From Candidatus Methylomirabilota bacterium (GTDB lineage: Bacteria > Methylomirabilota > Methylomirabilia > Rokubacteriales > CSP1-6): DNA of 29,287 bases. Shown in pieces: positions 9,740 to 17,277 of the stretch. Position 1 is the first letter of the stretch. Each line of letters begins with the position of its first letter. The stretch spans positions 1-29,287 of the forward strand of contig DASSLH010000336.1 of NCBI GenBank assembly GCA_035689625.1. Reading direction: 5' to 3'. The notes below the pieces were generated by a model, which saw nothing but the letters and a program-made list of their open reading frames with translations, ran no database searches and was not told where the DNA came from. The translations under genes were made by a program, and so were the position numbers.

Positions 9740-9812
9740 GCGCGTTCGCGCGCTGGCAAGGCTCCCAGGGCCCCGGGAAATCGGGGCTTAGAATTTCCGC
9801 GAGGAGACTCGC
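9740..9812 (+). ncRNA. Candidate structured RNA leader or partner RNA: three consecutive tetraloop hairpins upstream of the HNH gene
   Basis: GCGCG-UUCG-CGCGC (9740-9753), GGGCCCCGG-GAAA-UCGGGGCUU (9768-9789, three GU pairs) and GCGAG-GAGA-CUCGC (9799-9812). Found by eye; no covariation data available. Confidence 0.4.
9789..9806 (+). promoter_or_regulatory. Putative -10 (TAGAAT, 9789-9794) and Shine-Dalgarno (GAGGAG, 9801-9806) of the HNH gene
   Basis: The SD ends 6 nt before ATG 9813. TAGAAT matches 5/6 of TATAAT. No matching -35. Confidence 0.5.
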
Positions 9813-11063
9813 ATGGAGAACGATCGCCTCGCTGACGAGATCGCGCTGCTCTCGGCCCAGATCGAAGTGGCGACCGCCCGGTTGCTCGCGCTCATCCGGG
9901 AGTTCGACGCGCGCGAGGGCTGGAACAACGGCTTCCGGTCGTGCGCTCACTGGCTGGCCTGGCGCGCCGGCCTCGACCTCGACACCGCCCGCGAGCGCGT
10001 CCGCGTGGCGCGTGCGCTCGGCACCCTGCCGCGTCTGGCCCAGGCTCTCGCAGATGGCCAGGTCTCGTACGCGAAGGTCCGCGCGCTCACACGCGTCGCG
10101 ACACCCGAGACCGAGGAGCGTCTCCTGTCCTTCGCCAAGGCCGGCACGGCGGCTCACGTCGAAGTCCTCGTGCGGGGCTGGCGGTGCGTCGACCGCAAGG
10201 CCGAGGCCGAGCAGACAACGCGCCGCCACACGAGCCGGGGGCTACACGTGTATCAGGACGAAGACGGCATGGTGGTCATCCGCGGACGGCTGACACCCGA
10301 GGTGGGGGCGGCGGTGATGCAGGCACTCGCCGCCGGCCGCGAAAAGATCTACGAGCACGCTCGGATCAACGATCCCGAGGGTGACCCGCCAACGGTGGGG
10401 CAGCAGAACGCCGACGCCCTCGGCCTCATGGCCGAGGCAGCCCTGCATCACGAGCTCGATCCCGGCGCGCCGGGCGAGCGCTACCAGGTGGTCGTGCACG
10501 TCGATGCGCCTGCCCTGGCCGATGCCGACCAGCCAGGCCACTCCGTGCTGGAGAACGGAACGCACCTTTCCGCGGAAGGGTGTCGGCGCCTGGCCTGCGA
10601 CGCGAGCCGCGTGGTCATGCGGCGCGATCCGGACGGCCGCGTCGTGGAGGTCGGCGCCCGCACCCGAACGATCCCGGCGGCGCTACGCCGGGCGCTGCAC
10701 CATCGGGACCGCGGCTGCCGGTTCCCGGGCTGCGGCCTACCGGTCGGGGAGGGCCATCACATCCGCCACTGGGCCAGCGGCGGTCCGACGACGCTCTCCA
10801 ATCTCGCGATGCTGTGCCGCCGGCACCATCGGTGCGTCCACGAGGAGAGCTTTCAGGTCGAGCGCCTGCCCGGCGGTGAGTTGGAATTCCGACGGCCGGA
10901 TGGACGAAGGCTGCCGGAAACACCCGAATCAGTCACCGTTGCCTTCCCTGCCTGGAGCAACGTTCACGTCGACACCCGAGCGCTGAGCGGCGGCTGGCCC
11001 GGCGAGCGCCTGGACGTCGGCTACGCCATCGACGTCCTGCACCCGCGGGCGACGCAGCCCTAA
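9813..11063 (+). CDS. DUF222-domain HNH endonuclease (13E12/REP13E12-like family), 416 aa, probably mobile
   Basis: N-terminal helical region (LIREFDAREGW...SCAHWLAWRAG...RVARALGTLP...GQVSYAKVRALTRVA), QVVVHVD and RRLACDA. C-terminal HNH with Zn ligands: RRALHHRDRGCRFPGC...GHHIRHWASGGPTTLSNLAMLCRRHH. More A/T-ending codons than the neighbouring genes. Confidence 0.9.
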   Translation: MENDRLADEIALLSAQIEVATARLLALIREFDAREGWNNGFRSCAHWLAWRAGLDLDTARERVRVARALGTLPRLAQALADGQVSYAKVRALTRVATPETEERLLSFAKAGTAAHVEVLVRGWRCVDRKAEAEQTTRRHTSRGLHVYQDEDGMVVIRGRLTPEVGAAVMQALAAGREKIYEHARINDPEGDPPTVGQQNADALGLMAEAALHHELDPGAPGERYQVVVHVDAPALADADQPGHSVLENGTHLSAEGCRRLACDASRVVMRRDPDGRVVEVGARTRTIPAALRRALHHRDRGCRFPGCGLPVGEGHHIRHWASGGPTTLSNLAMLCRRHHRCVHEESFQVERLPGGELEFRRPDGRRLPETPESVTVAFPAWSNVHVDTRALSGGWPGERLDVGYAIDVLHPRATQP

Positions 11064-11842
11064 CGCTCGACCGCCGCCTTCAGGCTCTCGTCGCGGATCA
11101 GCGCGAGCACCTCGCGCTTGAGCTCGTTGAAGAAGGGCGAGGTCGTGACCTCGAGCGGGCGGGGGCGCGGCAGCTCCACGCGCAGGCGCTTCTTGATGCG
11201 GCCGGGGCGGGCGGTCATGACCCAGACGGTGTCGGCGAGGAGCAGCGCTTCCTCGATGTCGTGGGTGACGAAGAGGACGGTCTGCTGGTGGCGTTCCCAG
11301 ACGGACAGGAGCAGCTCCTGCATCACGGAGCGGGTCTGGGCGTCGAGGCTGCCGAACGGCTCGTCCATCAGCAGCACCTCGGGGTCCATCACGAGCACGC
11401 GCGCGATGCCGACGCGCTGCTTCATGCCGCCGGAGAGCTCGGCCGGGTAGTGCGACTCGAAGCCGCGCAGGCCCACCTGCTCGACGAACGTGTCGACCTT
11501 GGCGCGCCAGCGCTCGGGCGGCAGCCGGCGGGTGCGCAGGCCGAACGTGATGTTGTCGAGGACCGTGTACCAGGGAAACAGCGCGGGCTCCTGGAAGACG
11601 ACGGCCCGGCGGGGGTCGGGCGCGCGGACGGGCTCGCCGGCGAAGAGCACGCGGCCTCGCGTGGGCGCGTCGAAGCCGGCCACCATGTTGAGCAGCGTGG
11701 ACTTGCCGCAGCCCGACGGGCCCAGGATGGCGGCGAACTCGTTGCGCCCGACGGCGACGCTCACGCCCTGCAGCGCCTCGACGCGCCGCTCGCCGGTGGC
11801 GAACTCCTTGTAGACGTCCGCCAGCTCCACGTGCGCGCTCAT
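11060..11842 (-). CDS. NitT/TauT family ABC transporter ATP-binding protein, 260 aa
   Basis: ATG at 11842 overlaps the permease TGA (ATGA). Walker A GPSGCGKS, Q-loop VFQEPALFPW, signature LSGGMKQR, Walker B LLMDEPF and H-loop VTHD. Confidence 0.95.
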   Translation of the reverse strand: MSAHVELADVYKEFATGERRVEALQGVSVAVGRNEFAAILGPSGCGKSTLLNMVAGFDAPTRGRVLFAGEPVRAPDPRRAVVFQEPALFPWYTVLDNITFGLRTRRLPPERWRAKVDTFVEQVGLRGFESHYPAELSGGMKQRVGIARVLVMDPEVLLMDEPFGSLDAQTRSVMQELLLSVWERHQQTVLFVTHDIEEALLLADTVWVMTARPGRIKKRLRVELPRPRPLEVTTSPFFNELKREVLALIRDESLKAAVER

Positions 11843-12630
11843 CCGTGGGCTTCCAGCGTGCGCCAGCGGAGCACGACCCGGGCGAGGAGCTGGATCGCGC
11901 GGTCGGAGAGGAAGCCGAGCAGGCCCACGGAGAACATCGTGGCCACGCAGATGTCCATGCGGCCGACGTAGTAGGCGTCCCACAGCACGTAGCCGAGGCC
12001 GGACTTGACGGCGATCATCTCGGCGACGATCACCGCCGTCCACGCGATGCCGATGCCCAGGCGCAGGCCGGTGAAGATCGAGGGCAGCGCCGAGCGGAAC
12101 ACGACCTTGGTGAGGATCGCGGTCTCGCCGGCGCCCAGCATCCGGGCCGCGCGCAGCAGCAGCAGATTCGTGTCGCGCACGCCGTGGGTGGTGTTGACGA
12201 CGATCGGGTAGAAGGCGCCCAGGCCGATGAGGAACAGCGCGCTGGTGTCGTAGATGCCGAACACGGCGATGGCGAACGGCAGCCAGGCGGTGATCGGCAC
12301 CGGGCGCAGCAGCTGCACGGACGGATCGACCAGCCGCGCGACCAGCCGGTTCCAGCCGATGAACAGGCCGAGCGGGATGCCGACGACCGCGGCGAGCGCG
12401 AAGCCCTCCAGCACGCGGCGGCCGGAGTAGAGGACGTTGGCCAGCCAGGTGCCGGAGTACGGCGACAGCGAGCGCGTGGGGCCGCCGACGATCCACTGGT
12501 ACCAGGAGCGCGTCACCTGCTCGGGCGACGGGATGATGCCCTCCATCACCCAGCGCTGGTGCACCGCGGTCGTCCACAGCGCCAGCAGCGCCAGCGGCAG
12601 CAGCACCGACAGGACGAGGCGTCGGGCCAC
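11839..12630 (-). CDS. NitT/TauT family ABC transporter permease, 263 aa
   Basis: LRPVPITAWLP, the EAA loop LRAARMLGAGETAIL...ALPSIFTGLRLG and IVAEMI. Multiple TM segments. Confidence 0.94.
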   Translation of the reverse strand: MARRLVLSVLLPLALLALWTTAVHQRWVMEGIIPSPEQVTRSWYQWIVGGPTRSLSPYSGTWLANVLYSGRRVLEGFALAAVVGIPLGLFIGWNRLVARLVDPSVQLLRPVPITAWLPFAIAVFGIYDTSALFLIGLGAFYPIVVNTTHGVRDTNLLLLRAARMLGAGETAILTKVVFRSALPSIFTGLRLGIGIAWTAVIVAEMIAVKSGLGYVLWDAYYVGRMDICVATMFSVGLLGFLSDRAIQLLARVVLRWRTLEAHG

Positions 12631-12642
12631 GGCGGGCCGCCG

Positions 12643-13656
12643 CTACTGGTTCTGTCCGAGCTCCGCCGGCGACTTGCCCGTGGCCTTGCTCAGGAAGTCG
12701 TACGTGTAGTACTGCGCGATCTCGCCGGAGACGTCACGGGCGATGACGCCGTTGTCGGAGAGGAACTTCGAGATGCGCGTGATGGACTGCAGCGGCAGCG
12801 TCGCGTCGAGCTGCGTGATGCGGATGGACTCGGCCGCCACCGGCTCCGGCAGCCCGGCGCGCTCGGCGTAGATCTTCGACCAGCGCTCGCGGTTGGCCTG
12901 GGCGAACTTCAGCACGTCCACGTAGGCGACGACCAGGCGCTGCACGGCGTCGCGGTGCCGGTCCATGAAGCCGCGGTTGACGGCCAGCACCGCGATGAGG
13001 CCGCCGACGGCCTTCGAGCGGTTGTGGTCGATGCCCGCGTACTGGGCCACGCCGTCCACGATGCCTTGCGCGCAGAAGGGCTGCCAGACGACGGCCATGT
13101 CGATCTCCTTCGCCTGCAGCGCCTTCAGGTAATTGCCGCCGCCGCCCATGATGTTGACGATCTTCAGCTTCGGGTACTCGAGACCGTGCTCCTGCACGGA
13201 GGCCGCGAACTTCAGCCACGAGATCGAGCCGGCGCCGACGCCGATGGCCTTGCCGCTGAGCGCGCTCCAGTCCTTGATCTCGTCGCCCTTGCGCACGATG
13301 AGGCAGTCGTTGCCGGAGCCGACGCCGGCGACGCCGATGAGCGTCTTGGCGCCCTGCCCCAGCGCCAGCGTGATGTCCTGGGGGCCGAACGCGGTGATGT
13401 CGAGGTCGCCGGCGGCCAGCGCGGTGCGGGCATCGGCGAAGCGCTGGAACAGCACGGTCTCCATCTGGACGTTGTACTTGCCGGCGTACTCGGGCAGCAG
13501 CCACAGCGGGGAGAGCGCCGGCACGTTGGCCATGCCCAGGCGCGCCTTCACCGGCGCCGGCAGCGGGCTGCGGACGTCGCCCTGGGCGGCGGCGCCGCCG
13601 CCCAGCAGCGCGAGGATGACGAGGACGGCGGCGGCGCTCCCGACGGATCGGCTCAT
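12643..13656 (-). CDS. NitT/TauT family ABC transporter substrate-binding protein, 337 aa
   Basis: ATG at 13656 with a GAGGAG SD, inside track ORF 12643..13866. Signal peptide, ALAAGDLD, LSGKAIGVGAGS and LQAKEIDMAVVWQPF. First gene of the SBP-permease-ATPase unit. Confidence 0.9.
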   Translation of the reverse strand: MSRSVGSAAAVLVILALLGGGAAAQGDVRSPLPAPVKARLGMANVPALSPLWLLPEYAGKYNVQMETVLFQRFADARTALAAGDLDITAFGPQDITLALGQGAKTLIGVAGVGSGNDCLIVRKGDEIKDWSALSGKAIGVGAGSISWLKFAASVQEHGLEYPKLKIVNIMGGGGNYLKALQAKEIDMAVVWQPFCAQGIVDGVAQYAGIDHNRSKAVGGLIAVLAVNRGFMDRHRDAVQRLVVAYVDVLKFAQANRERWSKIYAERAGLPEPVAAESIRITQLDATLPLQSITRISKFLSDNGVIARDVSGEIAQYYTYDFLSKATGKSPAELGQNQ

Positions 13657-13679
13657 GGCTGGCTCCTCTCGCGGGCCGT

Positions 13680-13692
13680 AGTCTACTAGAAT
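13680..13692. promoter_or_regulatory. Putative bidirectional -10 boxes: TAGACT (minus, 13685-13680) and TAGAAT (plus, 13687-13692)
   Basis: 46-bp divergent intergenic region. The plus box ends 10 nt before ATG 13703, and there is no SD. Confidence 0.55.
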
Positions 13693-13702
13693 ACCGGCCC
13701 AC

Positions 13703-15295
13703 ATGACGGACGCGCCGGTCGGCTCCGCGCGCAAGTGGGCCATCACCTTCTCGGTGATGATGGTCACCGTGATGCAGGTGCTCGACACCAGCATCACCAA
13801 CGTGGCGCTGCCGCACATGCAGGGCTCGTTCTCGGCCAGCCTCGACGAGATGTCGTGGGTCATCACGTCCTACCTGGCCGCCAACGCCGTCGTCATCCCC
13901 GCCAGCGGCTGGCTCACCGCGCTGCTCGGCCGCCGCCGCTTCTACCTGATCTGCACGGTCATCTTCACGACGAGCTCGTTCCTGTCCGGGCTGGCACCGA
14001 ATCTCGAGTTCCTGGTCGCGATGCGCATCCTGCAGGGCCTGGGCGGCGGGCCGGTGATCCCGATGGCGCAGGCCATCATGTGGGAGATCTTCCCGCTCAA
14101 GGAGCGCGGCACCGCGATGGCGGTGTGGGGCTTCGGCATCATGCTGGCGCCGATCCTGGGGCCGACCGTGGGCGGCTGGATCGCCGACAACTGGTCGTGG
14201 CGCTGGATCTTCTACATCAACCTGCCGATCGGCATCGTGGCCTTCTTCATGGTGAGCGCCTTCCTGTTCGACGCCGCCTTCCACAAGAAGCCCCGCCGCG
14301 TGGACGTCGCCGGGATCGCGCTCATGATGCTCGGCTTCGGCTGTCTGCAGCTGATGCTCGACCTCGGCGAGCGCCAGGACTGGTTCGACTCGCCGGCGAT
14401 CTCCACGCTGGCCGTCCTGGCCGTCGGCATGCTGACCGCGTTCGTCACGCGCGAGATCCTGGCCGCGGAGCCGATCCTCGACCTCGGCGTGTTCCGCGAC
14501 CGCAACTTCTCCGTCGCCTCGCTGGCCATCTTCCTGATCGGTCTGGGCTTCAACTCGAGCCTGCTGCTGCTGGCGCTCTACACCCAGAAGATCCTCGGCT
14601 ACGACGCGTGGACGGCGGGGCTCACGCTGGCGCCGGGCGGCCTGGGCACGATGATGGCGCTGATGATCTCGGGCCGGCTCGTCTCGCGCGTGGACCAGCG
14701 GCTGATGCTGGCCTTCGGCTGCGGGCTGCAGGCGATCGCGCTGCTCCTGATGACGCGCGTGACACTGACCATGGACTTCTGGAGCCTGGCGTGGCCGCGC
14801 TTCATCCAGGGCTTCTCGTTCGGCTTCATCTTCGTGCCGCTCCAGGCGCTGGCGCTGGCCACGATCCGCACCGAGCGATTGAGCAACGCGACCGCGGCCT
14901 ACAACGTCGTCCGCAACATCGGCGGCAGCACCGGCGTCGCGCTCGCCACGACGCTGCTGGCCCGCCGCAGCCAGGAGCACCAGGCGACGCTGATCGGCCA
15001 CCTCGACGCCTGGAACCCGGCGATGACCGCGCGGCTGCAGGACTGGACCGCCCTCTTCGTGACCCAGGGCGCCGACACCTACACCGCCGCCCGCCAGGCC
15101 ATGACGATGCTCTACCGCGAGACACTCGTGCAGGCGCAGGTGCTGGCGTACGCCGACGACTTCTGGCTGCTGCTGGCCGCGTTCGGCGGCGTGCTGCTGC
15201 TGGCGCCGTTCATGCGGCGCGTGCGCTCGGAGCCGGTCGCCGCCCGCGAGGCGGTGTCGGCTCGCGACCCCGGGCTGCCGGCCGCGGCCGAGTGA
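13703..15295 (+). CDS. DHA2 family (EmrB/QacA) drug-efflux MFS transporter, 530 aa
   Basis: MQVLDTSITNVALPHMQG, WVITSYLAA, RILQGLGGG, LAPILGPTVGGWIADNWSWRWIFYINLPIG and YNVVRNIGGS. Confidence 0.95.
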   Translation: MTDAPVGSARKWAITFSVMMVTVMQVLDTSITNVALPHMQGSFSASLDEMSWVITSYLAANAVVIPASGWLTALLGRRRFYLICTVIFTTSSFLSGLAPNLEFLVAMRILQGLGGGPVIPMAQAIMWEIFPLKERGTAMAVWGFGIMLAPILGPTVGGWIADNWSWRWIFYINLPIGIVAFFMVSAFLFDAAFHKKPRRVDVAGIALMMLGFGCLQLMLDLGERQDWFDSPAISTLAVLAVGMLTAFVTREILAAEPILDLGVFRDRNFSVASLAIFLIGLGFNSSLLLLALYTQKILGYDAWTAGLTLAPGGLGTMMALMISGRLVSRVDQRLMLAFGCGLQAIALLLMTRVTLTMDFWSLAWPRFIQGFSFGFIFVPLQALALATIRTERLSNATAAYNVVRNIGGSTGVALATTLLARRSQEHQATLIGHLDAWNPAMTARLQDWTALFVTQGADTYTAARQAMTMLYRETLVQAQVLAYADDFWLLLAAFGGVLLLAPFMRRVRSEPVAAREAVSARDPGLPAAAE

Positions 15296-15799
15296 TCAGC
15301 CGCCGTAGAAGACCTTGTCGCCGAGCTCCCGCAGCCACAGCGTGGCGTCGTCCGGGCGGCCGTCCGGCGTCCGGGCCACGCCGGCCTCGACGACCTTGCC
15401 CACGAAGATCGAGTGATCGCCCTTCTCGACGGTCGCCTCCAGCGTGCACTCGACGAACGCCGGCGTGCTGGCCAGGATCGGCGCGCCGGTGGTGCCGGCG
15501 CGGAACTTCTCGCCGGAGATCGTGTCGCCCTTCTTCTCGGCCGGCTTGAAGAACGTGTAGGCCAGCGGCGCCTGGCCCTTGCCGAGCACGTTGAGCGCGA
15601 AGGCCTTGCTGTCCTTGATGAGCGCGTGGGCGTGCGAGTCGGTCTTGACGCCGACGGCGACCAGCGGCGGCTCGAACGAGGCCTGGGTCACCCAGTTGAC
15701 GGTGGCGGCGGCGACCGAGCCGTCCTTGCCGGCCGCGGTCAGCACGTAGAGGCCGTAGGGAAACATCCGCAGCGCGGTCTTCCTGGCGTTGGCATCCAT
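15296..15799 (-). CDS. Flavin reductase family protein (HpaC/HsaB-like), 167 aa
   Basis: ATG at 15799 with an AAGGAGG SD, inside track ORF 15296..16951. ALRMFPYGLYVLT, VTQASFEPPLVAVGV, FALNVL and ECTLEATVEKGDHSIFVGKV. Confidence 0.92.
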   Translation of the reverse strand: MDANARKTALRMFPYGLYVLTAAGKDGSVAAATVNWVTQASFEPPLVAVGVKTDSHAHALIKDSKAFALNVLGKGQAPLAYTFFKPAEKKGDTISGEKFRAGTTGAPILASTPAFVECTLEATVEKGDHSIFVGKVVEAGVARTPDGRPDDATLWLRELGDKVFYGG

Positions 15800-15833
15800 C
15801 GCGGGTCCTCCTTGGGGCTTGCCGATCGCAGCA

Positions 15834-15840
15834 TATACTA
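15834..15840. promoter_or_regulatory. Putative overlapping bidirectional -10 boxes: TATACT (plus, 15834-15839) and TAGTAT (minus, 15840-15835)
   Basis: 48-bp region between the reductase and oxygenase starts. The plus box ends 8 nt before ATG 15848, and there is no SD. Confidence 0.6.
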
Positions 15841-15847
15841 CGCTCCG

Positions 15848-17032
15848 ATGACCTTCGCCGACGTCGACCGCCCCGAAGCGCTGCGCCGCGCCGAGGCGCT
15901 GGTGCCGGCGCTGCGCGAGCGCGCCGAGCGCGCCGAGGCGCTGCGGCAGATGCCGAAGGAGACGCTGGACGACCTGCACCGCAGCGGGCTGTTCCGCTTC
16001 CACCAGCCGCGGCGCTGGGGCGGCATGGAGCTGGACTTCGCCGCGATCTTCGACATCCCGGCCGTGCTCGGCCGCGGCTGCGCGTCCACGGCGTGGAACG
16101 TCGGCAACCTCGCCATCCATCACTGGATGCTCGCGCTCTACGACGAGCGCGCCCAGCAGGAGGTGTGGGGGGGCGATCCCGACGCGCTCATCGCCTCCGG
16201 CATCGCCTACCCGCAGGGACGCGGCCGGCGCGTGGACGGCGGCCTCGTCGTCAGCGGGCTGTGGAACTTCTCCAGCGGCGTGGACGTCGCCGACTGGAAC
16301 ATGCTGGCGGTGACCGTGCGCGACGGCGAGCGCGTGGTGGACCACCGCATGTGCCTGGTGCCGCGCGCCGACTACGAGATCGTCGACGACTGGCAGACGC
16401 TCGGCATGCGCGGCACCGGCTCGAAGTCCGTGAAGGCGACCGACGTCTTCGTCCCCGAGCACCGCGCGCTGTCCATGTACCTGGCCCGCGGCGGGACCGA
16501 GTACCCCGGCTACCGCGTGAGCCCGAACCCGCTCTACCGCGTGCCGCTCTCCGCGCTCGGCTCCCACTGCCTGGCCGGCGCCGGCGTCGGCAACGCCCAG
16601 GCCGCGCTCGACCTCACCATCGAGGCGATCCGCGAGCGCAGCACCAGCTACACGGCGATGCGCATGCGCGACTTCCAGGCGGTCCAGCTGCGCGTGGCGG
16701 AGGCCGGCGCCCGGGTGGACGCCGCCCGCCTGCTCGTCGGCGACGACTGCCGACAGGCCGAGCGCATCGCGCGCGAGGGTTGGGCGCCGACGCTCGAGGA
16801 GAAGCTGCGCTTCAAGCGCAACGTGGCGTGGGCGATGGGGCTCTGCACCGGGGCCGTGGACGCGTTGCACGCGCTGGCCGGCGCCAACGGCATCTACGAC
16901 CGCTACCCGATCCAGCGCCTGTTCCGCGACCAGCACGCGCTGAGCGCCCACATCGGCTTCTCGTGGGACGCGCAGGGCGGCCCCTGGGCGCTCGTCGCGC
17001 TGGGCGGCGAGTTCGTCTCGCCCACGATGTAG
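15848..17032 (+). CDS. Two-component flavin-dependent monooxygenase, oxygenase subunit (acyl-CoA dehydrogenase fold, HsaA/HpaH-C2-like), 394 aa
   Basis: ATG at 15848, inside track ORF 15413..17032. PRRWGGME, CASTAW...HHWMLALYDERAQQEVWG, GLWNFSSGVDVADW, DDWQTLGMRGTGS and IQRLFRDQHALSAH. Divergent from a flavin reductase. Confidence 0.9.
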   Translation: MTFADVDRPEALRRAEALVPALRERAERAEALRQMPKETLDDLHRSGLFRFHQPRRWGGMELDFAAIFDIPAVLGRGCASTAWNVGNLAIHHWMLALYDERAQQEVWGGDPDALIASGIAYPQGRGRRVDGGLVVSGLWNFSSGVDVADWNMLAVTVRDGERVVDHRMCLVPRADYEIVDDWQTLGMRGTGSKSVKATDVFVPEHRALSMYLARGGTEYPGYRVSPNPLYRVPLSALGSHCLAGAGVGNAQAALDLTIEAIRERSTSYTAMRMRDFQAVQLRVAEAGARVDAARLLVGDDCRQAERIAREGWAPTLEEKLRFKRNVAWAMGLCTGAVDALHALAGANGIYDRYPIQRLFRDQHALSAHIGFSWDAQGGPWALVALGGEFVSPTM

Positions 17033-17034
17033 GC

Positions 17035-17274
17035 ATGCCCCGCGCGCGCGTCGCCTTCTGGGAGCTGCGGCGCCACAACGTGGCCGAGGAGGCGGTGCGC
17101 GGCGGCGGGCGCCGGCGCATTGTCGACCGCGCCTGGCCGCTGCCGGAGGCGGTGCGCGAGCGCCTGCGGCCCGTGCTGGAGCCGCTGGGCTTCGACCTCG
17201 CCCGCCCGGTGACCGTCCGCGAGCCGGACGGCGCCGACGCGCTGGAGTTCAGCCAGGACGACCCGCGCCCGTGA
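17035..17274 (+). CDS. Hypothetical protein, 79 aa (MPRARVAFWELRRHNV...LEFSQDDPRP)
   Basis: ATG 2 nt after the oxygenase stop, and it exactly fills the gap to the convergent LLM gene. It is the tail of track ORF 16093..17274. No family recognised. Confidence 0.62.
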   Translation: MPRARVAFWELRRHNVAEEAVRGGGRRRIVDRAWPLPEAVRERLRPVLEPLGFDLARPVTVREPDGADALEFSQDDPRP

Positions 17275-17277
17275 GCG

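Noticed and set aside
9660-10229. 189-aa antisense ORF crossing the HNH leader and 5' end, considered as an antitoxin or regulator
   Set aside because: It mostly mirrors the HNH codons, has no clear SD or recognisable domain, and is not supportable without expression data.
9279-11063. Classical IS element call for the HNH segment
   Set aside because: No DDE, HUH or serine transposase motif, and no terminal inverted repeats or target-site duplication could be found by eye. The ends cannot be defined from one copy.
11845-15549. ORFs 11845..13689(+), 12734..15001(-) and 13735..15549(+)
   Set aside because: Shadow or off-frame ORFs over the NitT/TauT and DHA2 genes, with no recognisable domains.
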